Assembly: GCA_016191585.1 (NCBI GenBank)
Contig: JACPVU010000018.1
Span: 1-44,573 of the forward strand
Direction of reading: 5' to 3'
DNA length: 44,573 bases
Source: an archaeon
GTDB lineage: Archaea; Aenigmatarchaeota; Aenigmatarchaeia; GW2011-AR5
In this document: positions 18,303 to 27,672 of the stretch, piece after piece
Layout of the letters: each line of letters begins with the position of its first letter
Position numbering within the stretch: the first letter of the stretch is position 1
Notes under the pieces: generated by a model
The model's database searches: none
Told to the model about the DNA's origin: nothing
Seen by the model: the letters and a program-made list of their open reading frames with translations, nothing else
Translations under genes and position numbers: made by a program

Positions 18303-18794
18303 ATGGCTTTTGACCCGACTCTAGGAAATCCGTTTGCGACTCTAGGCATAGACTTCTATGGATTCTTCCTTCCGTGGATATTCACGTTCGCGATCGTATA
18401 CGGACTGCTTGCCAAGCTGAACCTGTTCGGCGGCAAAAACGACAAAATATCAATGGCACTTGCATTTGTTATCGCATTCTTCGTATCAGCAGTAGGCGGA
18501 CCGCAGCTCGCAACATTCTTTACGAGCATATTCGGCGGAGCTGCAATGTTCCTTGCGGGCATACTCGTAATAATACTTTTCGCGGCGCTGCTCGGGCACA
18601 CGGACTTCAAGCACATGGGCGCACTGGTAATAGTCGTGATCATAGGAATATTCCTGTTCCTGTCATCAAGCAACCAGTTCATTTCAGTGAGCGTGATAGG
18701 CCCTGACGTTGCCAGCCTTATATTCTGGATTGTAATCATAATCGTGGCAATATACTTCGTGACACACGAGAAGAAAGATGAGCAACATCATTAA
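18303..18794 (+). CDS. 4-TM membrane protein (paralog family member C)
   Basis: 163 aa. 'FYGFFLPWIFTFAIVYGLLAK ... FFVSAVGGPQLATFFTSIFGGAAMFLAGILVIILF' aligns residue by residue with member D. A GGTGA SD motif is present. Confidence 0.75.
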   Translation: MAFDPTLGNPFATLGIDFYGFFLPWIFTFAIVYGLLAKLNLFGGKNDKISMALAFVIAFFVSAVGGPQLATFFTSIFGGAAMFLAGILVIILFAALLGHTDFKHMGALVIVVIIGIFLFLSSSNQFISVSVIGPDVASLIFWIVIIIVAIYFVTHEKKDEQHH

Positions 18795-18802
18795 TTTTTC
18801 TA

Positions 18803-19384
18803 TTGATTTACATGCCTAATTCGTTTAGAACAAAGGTTCTGATACTTCTCTTTTTACTGTTTTTCATTCTCATAGGATCAATAAACACCCTGTCATTCTA
18901 TCCCATATTTGTACTCTTCTTGATAGTCCTATCCAAATACGGAACGACATTTTTCGGTGCGTCGTGGATAAGTACGCCGAAAAATAAATTCAATAAAATA
19001 GCAAAAGCTGTTATGATGAAACCCTCACAGAGGGTTTACGATCTTGGGTGTGGAAATGGAAAATTTCTGGCTTACGTATCGAAAAGGTATGGCGTATTCG
19101 TTAGGGGCGTTGAACTAGACCCTTTTCGCTGGCTTTACGCCAACTTACAGCTTAAAATAGCCGGGGCAAAGGGGCATGTCATATTAGGCAATTTTTATAA
19201 AACAGATATAAGCAATGCTGATGTCGTTTTCATATACCTCCCGCAGGATACTGTGGATAAGATTCAGCAAAAACTTAAAACCGCCAAAAAAGGGACATTG
19301 ATAGTTTCATACGTATCTGCCTGCAAAAAACTGAGACTGGTAAAGTCTCTAAAAAACGATAGAATATATGTTTATAGAATCTGA
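18803..19384 (+). CDS. membrane-anchored class I SAM-dependent methyltransferase
   Basis: Two N-terminal TM helices followed by motif I 'VYDLGCGNGKF', 'GVELD' and 'DVVFIYL'. Confidence 0.75.
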   Translation: MIYMPNSFRTKVLILLFLLFFILIGSINTLSFYPIFVLFLIVLSKYGTTFFGASWISTPKNKFNKIAKAVMMKPSQRVYDLGCGNGKFLAYVSKRYGVFVRGVELDPFRWLYANLQLKIAGAKGHVILGNFYKTDISNADVVFIYLPQDTVDKIQQKLKTAKKGTLIVSYVSACKKLRLVKSLKNDRIYVYRI

Positions 19385-19430
19385 GACTGATAGATAGATT
19401 AATAAGCAATAAAACAAATATACAAAGAAG

Positions 19431-19907
19431 GTGCGAAAAATGGCTGATCCGTTCACGATATTAGTTGCTAACCTGAATGGTCTTGGATTCTTTGGGTTTC
19501 TGCTTCCGTTCATATTCGTATTTGTTGTCGTATACGGGCTTCTGATCAAGACGAAATTTTTTGAGGACCAGAAGATAATAGGTGTTTTGTCGTTAGTTCT
19601 TGCGTTCTTTGTTATAGGCTACGGAGGTCCGATGCTTGCAAATTTCTTTGTTAACCTGTTTGGATTGGCTGCGGTGATAATAGCAGGCATACTCGTAATC
19701 GTGCTGTTTATTGCAATGACTGGCGGCGATATAAGCAAGATAGCAAGCGGCAAGTCAGTAGCAGCAGCTCTTGCAGGAATAGGAATAATAGTATTTTTCA
19801 TAGCACTCGGCGCTCTCGGCGTGGCAATCAATGATTCCGTGATAGGAATAATCTTTGTTATAGTAATCCTGGCGCTGGCTGTCTTATTCATAACAGGGTC
19901 TAATTAG
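19431..19907 (+). CDS. 4-TM membrane protein (paralog family member D)
   Basis: 'FFGFLLPFIFVFVVVYGLLIK ... FFVIGYGGPMLANFFVNLFGLAAVIIAGILVIVLF'. The likely start is the ATG at 19440, preceded by AAGGTG. Confidence 0.75.
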   Translation: MRKMADPFTILVANLNGLGFFGFLLPFIFVFVVVYGLLIKTKFFEDQKIIGVLSLVLAFFVIGYGGPMLANFFVNLFGLAAVIIAGILVIVLFIAMTGGDISKIASGKSVAAALAGIGIIVFFIALGALGVAINDSVIGIIFVIVILALAVLFITGSN

Positions 19908-19989
19908 ATCTATTAAACCGAATACGATAGCGTTGTTTCTCATATCAGGAACAGCAATTTGTCTGTCAATAAATCCGTATCTTAGAAAA

Positions 19990-20634
19990 TCAGGCCTCTT
20001 CTTCGAGTTCAAGCCGCCCCGACTTTTCCTTTATCTCGTGTATCATCTGCGACAGGGCTTCTATGTTTCTGGTCAGCGACGGCAGGAACTGCTTGAAAGC
20101 CTTCTCAAGTCCGCCGACTCTTGCGTCTAAATCCTCAAGGCTATTAGTGATGTCATTGACCTTGAATTCTATCTCTTTGGAAGATGTGTCGCGCGGCTGG
20201 GCAAGTACAGAACCATACTGTTTAAGCTGGGCGTTTATGTGTTCCAGGGAGTCTTCTATCTTTGTTATTCTGTCCTCAAACTTGGCCCATTTCTCTTCGA
20301 CTATGCCCTCGATAAGCTCCTCGATTATAAGATCGCTCTGGTCACTTTCCATTTCCTGCGGAGCTTCTTCCTCGAAAGTAGGAAGTTCAAATGCCTGCTG
20401 CGGCTGCTGCTGTGAAAATTCTTCTGGCATATATGACTGCTGGTTGTTTGACACAGCTTCTGGTTCGACGCCATCCTTGACAGTTTCCAGCATTGCCTTT
20501 TCTATGTCCTTATAGGAATAGCCTTTGTGCTTGAGGTCCTTTATTATATCTTTGTCGCTCATGCCCTTCCTTGTCATTGCCTTTACGTCATCCATAGGAA
20601 GCGGCTTCTGTTCTTTCTTTTTTCCAAAAAGCAT
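19990..20634 (-). CDS. coiled-coil protein with an N-terminal three-helix (UBA/PEX14-N-like) motif and a Q/E-rich linker
   Basis: 'KGMSDKDIIKDLKHKGYSYKDIEKAM', then an acidic/Q-rich region, then heptad-rich 'ITKIEDSLEHINAQLKQ...LEDLDARVGGLEKAFKQFLPSL'. Confidence 0.6.
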   Translation of the reverse strand: MLFGKKKEQKPLPMDDVKAMTRKGMSDKDIIKDLKHKGYSYKDIEKAMLETVKDGVEPEAVSNNQQSYMPEEFSQQQPQQAFELPTFEEEAPQEMESDQSDLIIEELIEGIVEEKWAKFEDRITKIEDSLEHINAQLKQYGSVLAQPRDTSSKEIEFKVNDITNSLEDLDARVGGLEKAFKQFLPSLTRNIEALSQMIHEIKEKSGRLELEEEA

Positions 20635-20694
20635 AATATCACGATTAATAATTGATTTTTTTAATACTTAATGTTTTCTGTGGGGATTTATTGT

Positions 20695-21072
20695 TCAGGA
20701 AACGCGGACTTCCCTGATGTCTTCGCTCTTTTCCTCGCTGACAGGGCTTATGAGGTCTATCATGTGCTCCATTTCCTTCAGGTCGCGTTTCTGCACGAAC
20801 TTGACGAGCTGCTTGTTCAGTTTTTCAATGGCCATCTTGATGTTTATTATGTCGTTTTCCACTGTCCTCAGAGAAACGTCTGTCTCGGCGAATTTTGTGT
20901 TGGTTTTCTTTGTACGCTCTGACGTTCCCTGAATCAGGATGTTTACCTTGTCTTCTATTGCGTCCATCCTCTGCTCTAACGATCGCAGTCTTCTTACTTC
21001 TTCGTTGCTTCTCCTTACAAGCTCCTGAAGAATTACCTGATAGTTTTCAGTCTGCGCAGCCATAAAAATCAC
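20695..21072 (-). CDS. small coiled-coil protein
   Basis: 125 aa (121 aa from the likely ATG at 21060), helical and heptad-like throughout, ending '...KEMEHMIDLISPV'. It is co-directional with and immediately upstream of 19990..20634. Confidence 0.55.
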   Translation of the reverse strand: MIFMAAQTENYQVILQELVRRSNEEVRRLRSLEQRMDAIEDKVNILIQGTSERTKKTNTKFAETDVSLRTVENDIINIKMAIEKLNKQLVKFVQKRDLKEMEHMIDLISPVSEEKSEDIREVRVS

Positions 21073-21162
21073 TTTTATCTCGACAAAGTCCTGCTTTTAT
21101 AATTATATGCAGCCCTATATAAAAACCACACCCATAAACCGTCGATTTTATTAATTATGAGT

Positions 21163-21253
21163 ATGATCATCTGCGTGAAGGGTATCGTCTATCGATGATA
21201 CCCTTAGCTAGAGCTACTATCAAAGAGATAGTAGCTCTCACGCAGATGATCAT
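21163..21253. repeat. perfect nested inverted repeats (Y-shaped: 16-bp closing stem plus 8-bp and 12-bp hairpins), function unknown
   Basis: ATGATCATCTGCGTGA (21163-21178) pairs with TCACGCAGATGATCAT (21238-21253). Inside are AGGGTATC/GATACCCT and AGAGCTACTATC/GATAGTAGCTCT. No stem has a mismatch. Confidence 0.85.
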
Positions 21254-21448
21254 CATACGTTAAGTTAATACAATCTAATGTGATCCAAATAAAGAATCGG
21301 GATATATAAATTTGGATCACGGTATAGCGCACAAGGAAATTATATACCGTTTATTTCCTTGTAGCACTATAAACCAGCCATTTATTTTAACACGACTATG
21401 AACGTTAGTAAAAATTAATAGTTAGCACAGCAATATGTTACCAGTAAT

Positions 21449-24400
21449 GTGATGCCAATGACTTATGAATACGAATACGACGAGCAGAACCAGAAGATAA
21501 GGATAAACTGCCTCGGCGCTGTACAGGGTTCTAACATAGAGGATTTTCCTGTCTGCATGGCAAAGACGATAGACAACTTGATGGAACTGAAAAAGGTCGC
21601 AAAGATCGTTCTTGTCGACGTACGTGAGTATGAATATGACGTGAGCGAAGCAAGAATGCTGCTTGAGATAGCAAACGCCATTGAGTACATAATAAAGGAA
21701 AAGCTCGTCAGCATGGAAAATATTGTCCTGCCTGGCTGTGAAATGGAATCGCCGGAAAGGTATTCATTTCTGCAGAGATTTCTCAACGACATAAAATACG
21801 ATCCTATCGACGCCTACAAAAAACTCATCCGTGAAATGAGAAAGCAGAAGGTCCGCAGCGAGAGGGAAACTGGCATCGCGAAGGATTGTCATCTTCACTA
21901 CATAAACAATTCACTTATACCGATAAAAACCGCGCTGGATAAATGCAAGATGATACAGCTGGCTGTTCCGCAGCTGGCAGAACACAAGAACCGCTCGCTG
22001 TACAGAAAAATATTTCATCCGACAATAAGGCCGAATTTCATCTATACAAAATACGTATCGCTCCCGCCTCCGCATTCCGAGCTTATTGAAAGATATACTG
22101 TCGGGGAAATGAACGTTGAAATATACAGCGTGCCTGGACAGGTCAGAAAATTCTATCTGGCTATACCGCCTGAGTTCAAGCTCAACGAGACAGAATACAC
22201 GCTGCTGGATACGGCCAGAAGGTATATAGGCCACCACGAGCCGAGGGAAATAGAACTGGCCGAGCCGGAAAGGATAAGAGAAAATCTCTTTAGAATAGGT
22301 GTTGACATAATACGCGACCTTGCTTCGTCACAAAACTATGCAATTTCTGAGTCGAGGATCGAGAAGCTTTCGAAGATACTTGCACGTTACACAGCAGGAC
22401 TTGGCGTGATTGATTTAATACTGCAGGATGAAAACATACAGGACATCGTGATAAACGCGCCTATAGGGTCGTCGCCTGCGTTCATCTTTCACGCAAACCA
22501 CGAGGAATGCGAGACAAATATTGTACCGAGCATAGAAGACGCAGAAACGTGGGCAACGAGATTCCGACTATATTCAGGGCGTCCGTTAGATGAGGCCAAC
22601 CCTGTACTGGATACAGAATTGATAGTGCCAGGAGGCAGGGCTCGTGTCGCTGCTGTAACAAGGACATTGTCGCCTGACGGGCTGGCATTTGCTTTCCGCA
22701 GGCACAGGGACAAGCCGTGGACTTTCCCGCTTTTCATAAAAACGAAGATGATAGACCCGCTCGCAGCAGGGCTTATGTGGTTCCTTATTGACGGTGCAAG
22801 GACCCTGCTCATTGCCGGTACAAGGTCGAGTGGAAAATCCTCATTCTTGGGTGCGTGCATGGTGCAACTGATGCCGAAAATAAGGATAATCAGTACTGAG
22901 GACAGCGTTGCGGGTGATTGTGAAATATTCTATGAGAATCACGGAAAAATAGAAAAATCCACTGTAGGCAATCTTATAGACAGCACCATAGAGAAATATG
23001 GTTGTGACCATGACTTTGACCGGGAGGTTGCCAAGAAAAATCCTGAAAATATAAGGGTATTTTCCATGGACAATAAAGGCAAAATAAAACTATCTAACGT
23101 AAGTTCTTTCATAAGACATAAAACAAAAAAGGACTTATTTGAAATAACTACGCGAACAGGAAGAAAAATAAAGGTAACAGGAGACCACTCTTTGTTTCAT
23201 CTGAATAAAGAAGGAAAAATAGCACCGGTCAAATGCTGCGACCTGAAAATAAATGATTACCTTGCAGTTCCGAGGATTTTGCCGTTTGAAAACAGTCTGG
23301 TCGAATCGCTAGATATTCTTGACTATATAGAAAATGATAAGGATGTTTACCTGCAAGGCGATGGTGTCAGGGATTTTGTAAGACATAACAGGAACGAAAT
23401 AAGGAAACTGGGGTCAAAATCGAATCTGGAGCACTGGACACGCGGCATATTGCCACTGAAAATCACCAGAAAAATAAATTCTCAGCATGGGCTGGAAAAA
23501 GACGTGCAGATAAAATTCGGGAAACATGCCAGACCTTTGCCACGTATAATAATACTCGACAAAGAAATGCTTGAGTTCTTCGGCTTGTGGCTCGCTGACG
23601 GATGTTACGATAAGAATGAAGTCATAATATCCGTAGTTGACGAAGATTCGAGAAATGTTGTGAGAAATATTGCCGCATATCTTGAAATAAAAGTTACCAT
23701 GCATACAGACGGCATATCACTGATACTGCACTCACGTACGCTTAAGCATATGATGAAATGCCTCGGATTTGACGGAAATGCATATACAAAAGAAATTCCA
23801 AAATGGGTCTTCAATCTGTCAAAGAATCAGATAGCACACTTCATGAGGGGCATCTTCAGCGGTGACGGATACCTCACGAACAACGAAGCTGCCATAAATC
23901 TTGTCTCTCAAGGCATGATAAAAGATATCCAGACAATGCTTCTCATGTTTGGCATTACGAGCAGAATAAACAGGATAGGAAAAGATATGACATATTCCTG
24001 CAGGATAAGCCAGCTTGATTCCATAAGAAAATTCGCTTCCATAGGATTTCTCCAGCAATGGAGATTTCAAAAGCTTTCTGAGATGTGCAAAAAAATCTCC
24101 ACCCACGACTCCCCGGATATCGTGCCTTTTTCGAAGGAATTCAAGCTAAAAATACGGGAATCCTATGAAAGTTTTAACTATCACGACTACATTGTTCGCG
24201 GCAATAACATAGGAAGAAACAAATTATTGACAATGACAAAGTCCGTGAATGCACCATCATTAGCTGAAAACCTTTGCCTACTTGCCGAATCGGACATATT
24301 CTGGGATCAGATACGGGAAATAAGACGCATGGAAAACCCTGAAGAATGGGTTTATGATTTTTCTGTGCCTGAATGCGAGAATTTTGTATGTGAAAACATA

Positions 24401-25198
24401 ATTGCTCACAATACACTGGAACTGCCTTTCGACCAGCTGCGCGAGTTGGGATACAACATAGAAAGGCTGAAGTCGCGGTCAGTAATTACGCACGTCGAAA
24501 CAGAGCTGCCAGCAGAAGAGGCGCTGAGAACAGCTCTGCGATTAGGTGACAGCGCGCTGATTGTAGGTGAAATAAGAAGCAAGGAAGCGCTTGCGCTGTA
24601 TGAAGCCATGAGAATAGGCGCCCTGGCTAATATGGTAGCAGGAACAATACACGGAGATTCTGCATACGGAGTTTTTGACCGTGTGGTGAACGACCTTGGC
24701 GTGACTCCGACAAGCTTCAAGGCAACTGACATTGTTCTTGTTGCGAACATGCTGCGTTCGCCTGAAGGCCTGCACGCTTTCAGAAGGGTCGTCGAGATAA
24801 CAGAAGTCAGAAAACACTGGAAGCACGACCCAGCAGAAGAAAACGGCTTCGTTAACTTGTTCGAATATTCTGCAAGGGAAGACATACTCAAGCCGAGCAA
24901 GACGCTCCTGATGGGGGAATCGCAGGTGCTCAATGATATATCGATGCGTATCCGCGAATGGAAGGGAAACTGGAACGCTGTATGGAACAACATACGATTA
25001 AGGTCAAGGATATTGCAGGCAATTGTAGATTATTCTGTCATAAAGAACAGACCTGGTCTTTTGGAAGCTGATTTCGTAGTTGCGTCTAATTCTATGTTCC
25101 ATATAATCAGCTCTGAAGTAAAGGAAGAAGTAGGGGACTTTGACAACGAAGAAATTTTCGAGCGCTGGAACACGTGGATGAAGAAGCAGACGCAGTAA
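21449..25198 (+). CDS. type IV pilus/archaellum-class (FlaI/PilB/VirB11-like) secretion ATPase, interrupted by an intein
   Basis: Walker A 'AGTRSSGKSS'. 'RIISTED|...|TLELPF' restores the conserved IEDT.EL box after intein removal. Walker B 'ALIVGEIR' and His box 'GTIHGDS' are present. The spliced size is about 746 aa. Confidence 0.9.
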   Translation: MMPMTYEYEYDEQNQKIRINCLGAVQGSNIEDFPVCMAKTIDNLMELKKVAKIVLVDVREYEYDVSEARMLLEIANAIEYIIKEKLVSMENIVLPGCEMESPERYSFLQRFLNDIKYDPIDAYKKLIREMRKQKVRSERETGIAKDCHLHYINNSLIPIKTALDKCKMIQLAVPQLAEHKNRSLYRKIFHPTIRPNFIYTKYVSLPPPHSELIERYTVGEMNVEIYSVPGQVRKFYLAIPPEFKLNETEYTLLDTARRYIGHHEPREIELAEPERIRENLFRIGVDIIRDLASSQNYAISESRIEKLSKILARYTAGLGVIDLILQDENIQDIVINAPIGSSPAFIFHANHEECETNIVPSIEDAETWATRFRLYSGRPLDEANPVLDTELIVPGGRARVAAVTRTLSPDGLAFAFRRHRDKPWTFPLFIKTKMIDPLAAGLMWFLIDGARTLLIAGTRSSGKSSFLGACMVQLMPKIRIISTEDSVAGDCEIFYENHGKIEKSTVGNLIDSTIEKYGCDHDFDREVAKKNPENIRVFSMDNKGKIKLSNVSSFIRHKTKKDLFEITTRTGRKIKVTGDHSLFHLNKEGKIAPVKCCDLKINDYLAVPRILPFENSLVESLDILDYIENDKDVYLQGDGVRDFVRHNRNEIRKLGSKSNLEHWTRGILPLKITRKINSQHGLEKDVQIKFGKHARPLPRIIILDKEMLEFFGLWLADGCYDKNEVIISVVDEDSRNVVRNIAAYLEIKVTMHTDGISLILHSRTLKHMMKCLGFDGNAYTKEIPKWVFNLSKNQIAHFMRGIFSGDGYLTNNEAAINLVSQGMIKDIQTMLLMFGITSRINRIGKDMTYSCRISQLDSIRKFASIGFLQQWRFQKLSEMCKKISTHDSPDIVPFSKEFKLKIRESYESFNYHDYIVRGNNIGRNKLLTMTKSVNAPSLAENLCLLAESDIFWDQIREIRRMENPEEWVYDFSVPECENFVCENIIAHNTLELPFDQLRELGYNIERLKSRSVITHVETELPAEEALRTALRLGDSALIVGEIRSKEALALYEAMRIGALANMVAGTIHGDSAYGVFDRVVNDLGVTPTSFKATDIVLVANMLRSPEGLHAFRRVVEITEVRKHWKHDPAEENGFVNLFEYSAREDILKPSKTLLMGESQVLNDISMRIREWKGNWNAVWNNIRLRSRILQAIVDYSVIKNRPGLLEADFVVASNSMFHIISSEVKEEVGDFDNEEIFERWNTWMKKQTQ
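22904..24412 (+). mobile_element. 503-aa intein with a LAGLIDADG homing-endonuclease domain
   Basis: It starts 'SVAGDCEIF' (block A, Ser1), has block B 'VTGDHSLF', LAGLIDADG motifs 'FGLWLADGCY' (about 23580-23610) and 'RGIFSGDGYL' (about 23845-23875), and ends 'VYDFSV...ENIIAHN' followed by the +1 Thr. Confidence 0.9.
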
Positions 25199-25420
25199 TT
25201 CGTATACAAATATTCGAGAATTAGAGTATTGGTTTGGAAAAAGTTATTGTTGAACGCCACATATTTTTTGAAGAATGGTCGTCATGATTTTTTATTCATA
25301 TAATTTTTGAATTCCATTAAATCTATATAAAGTTAGTTGAATATTCTACGCATTCAATTGAACGAGTTGACGAGATTCATCCTGCATCCAGAATCGCAAA
25401 CACTATGTCGTCTTGCCGGC

Positions 25421-27376
25421 TTACGCTGATGTTACAGACGATATCAGCGGGCCGAACATTGTCAGCGTCATCAGAAGCGATACGGTAAACACGACGAAGC
25501 CGATGATGAGTGTGTAGCCTGTCACGTTTGCCCTTCCTATCGGGTCTTCCCCGTTTTCTATGGTGTTTATGAACATCGATATGATGAAAGACGATTCTAT
25601 CATGTAGATCGCAACGACGAAGATGAACTGGAACGGCGATATGGGTATCTGGCTGAATTCCGAGATCATCGGTATGCTCGTGCCAAGCGCAGGTGCCTGG
25701 TCTCCTAGCTGTTTCAGTATCCGGATTATGATTATTGCAAGCGTTGCCACTGTGCCGGATATCATCGGTGTCAGGAAGAATCCCTGGAACTTTAGCGAGC
25801 CGACAACCTCATTCAGCGAGTCCCTGACTTCTTCCTGGGTTGTATGCAAATTTTTGAGATACTTGGATATCGAGAGCATGCTGTTTGACGCGACAACAAT
25901 TCCCTTCTTTGATGATTCTACAACTGTTCGCATTACAGATTTTATCAGTTTTGACGGATAGTAGCGGACAGCTCCGTATTTCTCCTCGAAAAAAGCCTGC
26001 TGGAAAGTGAATCCGAGGAGTTTCATGTTGTTTATTGCCTTTGAAAACAGTTCCTTTATCTTCAGGGTCTTTATCCTTGCGAGCGTGTTTTCCATTGCCA
26101 TTTCTATTGGCCTTCCGCTTGATACCTGGTTGCCTAACTGGAACAAAGCTTCTGCAAACTCGCCCTCGATCTGCATTGTCTCGCTGCGGAGCTTCATCTT
26201 CTGGCTCGACGTGAGTATGAAATACAGCGCAAATCCCAGGGCAAGTCCAAAAGTTATGACGATTGCAGGTGTTATTCCCTCGAAGTTTTTGCTGTCTATA
26301 GATTCATTAGAATAAAGAAACAGACCAAACAAAATAATTAAAATGCCGATTATTGCTGCAATAGGCCACGCCCTGACGAATTTTTTCTTGAACCTGAACC
26401 TGCCTTTTGGCGGGACATTGGGGTTCTCGCTTATGTCGACGTTGCTGAACGTTGCGGGCCGGACAGAAAGTATGTTCATGATTATGAAGTACAGCATGAA
26501 AGGCAGAATTATGTCGTATCCTATAAAGAGTACGACCGCGTTGACGTGCAGGAAAACAGCTATTATAGGGAACAGCACGAGCCCCATGACAGGCAGGATT
26601 ATTCCAAGTGCGTGGACAACTGTAACAGGCAGTCTCAAACTCTGGTTGAAATGCTTTGCATCTTCCCTGTTGCCTTCAAGGATGATATTCACTGCTTCCT
26701 CTAACATATTTAATCTCTTTTCGCCGACCTGCTTCATCGACGATGTCATCAGCTGGACTGACTCAACGAAATGGCGGTTAGCGGACCATTTCTTTGTATA
26801 ATCAGTCAGGGCTTCTTCCATGGAGAGATAGTTGCCGACCTCTACGTCCCAGAGCATCTTCTTGAGCTCGTAGCCTATGCTGCCTGTTATGTTCTCGGCA
26901 GCGAACTTGACAGCGCCTTCCAGGCTTGGGTTGTTCCTCATGTAGATTACTGAATACAGGATGAAAGTCACTATGTCAGAACCAACCATCATCGTGTAGG
27001 TCGTTTTCAGTTTTATCGGGTAATAGTAGATGTAGTAAGTCAGTATCATGCCTATCAGAAGGAGCAGCATTCCGTATCCGAAGAAGCCTAAGAACACCAG
27101 CAGAAAAGTCGGTATGAGAACCATTATCAAAAACAAGAACGTGAATGAGACGATGCCTGTAGGTGTAGCCTTCAGGTGCGTGAAATCTATCGCGTCCTGA
27201 AGTCTTTTTCCGGATTTCTTGTCCGGCTTCACCCTGATTATCTTCTCGGAGAAATTGCAGGCTTTTTCGTAGACGGTTATCGGCAAAGACGTGAGCCGCT
27301 CTTCTTCTAGAAATATCTTGTACTCCCTGGAAATGAGCTTCTTTATCTCGGCTGTCCGCTTTTTTTTGTCCATCAA
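25421..27376 (-). CDS. polytopic FlaJ/TadC/PilC-like pilus platform membrane protein
   Basis: 651 aa. The alternation of cytoplasmic helical domains and TM bundles is typical of the T2SS-F/FlaJ family. It lies adjacent to the secretion ATPase. Confidence 0.75.
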   Translation of the reverse strand: MMDKKKRTAEIKKLISREYKIFLEEERLTSLPITVYEKACNFSEKIIRVKPDKKSGKRLQDAIDFTHLKATPTGIVSFTFLFLIMVLIPTFLLVFLGFFGYGMLLLLIGMILTYYIYYYPIKLKTTYTMMVGSDIVTFILYSVIYMRNNPSLEGAVKFAAENITGSIGYELKKMLWDVEVGNYLSMEEALTDYTKKWSANRHFVESVQLMTSSMKQVGEKRLNMLEEAVNIILEGNREDAKHFNQSLRLPVTVVHALGIILPVMGLVLFPIIAVFLHVNAVVLFIGYDIILPFMLYFIIMNILSVRPATFSNVDISENPNVPPKGRFRFKKKFVRAWPIAAIIGILIILFGLFLYSNESIDSKNFEGITPAIVITFGLALGFALYFILTSSQKMKLRSETMQIEGEFAEALFQLGNQVSSGRPIEMAMENTLARIKTLKIKELFSKAINNMKLLGFTFQQAFFEEKYGAVRYYPSKLIKSVMRTVVESSKKGIVVASNSMLSISKYLKNLHTTQEEVRDSLNEVVGSLKFQGFFLTPMISGTVATLAIIIIRILKQLGDQAPALGTSIPMISEFSQIPISPFQFIFVVAIYMIESSFIISMFINTIENGEDPIGRANVTGYTLIIGFVVFTVSLLMTLTMFGPLISSVTSA

Positions 27377-27672
27377 TACTAATTGTCACGCCTCTTAAAT
27401 AATGTTTTTTCCTGAGGTAATGTGGATGTAATTGTATGTTCAGTTAATTTTGGAACATGTTATGCTGAACATACAGTATAGCGGGTTCAAAATAAAAGTT
27501 CCGATATTATTCGAACCCACTATAAGCGATCTAGATGTTAGTCGGTTGTTATTTTCATGTGTCTGCAGGTGTCTATAGCAATGTCAGAAACGGCAAACAC
27601 TCTGTCGATTCTATTTCAATTGTCAATATTGTCATACTCATACGAAATTTCGTGATTTTATGATACGACTTT

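Noticed and set aside
24406-24993. Long antisense ORFs inside confident genes. Examples: 24406..24993 and 22489..22860 inside the ATPase, 36130..36657 opposite ligase/DHH, 28916..29404, 7462..7794 opposite tbp, 41708..42094 opposite the histone, and 44110..44487.
   Set aside because: Their compositions are Ser/Cys/Arg-rich and low-complexity, typical of shadow frames. They lack SD or TATA context, and the opposite-strand genes have strong family signatures.
27477-27524. A tRNA-like T-arm sequence (GGGTTC...GAACCC, with TTCGAACCC on one side).
   Set aside because: No acceptor stem, D-arm or anticodon arm can be drawn. The two halves are 25 nt apart and simply form one hairpin of the intergenic repeat cluster. 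No tRNA gene was recognised anywhere in the window.
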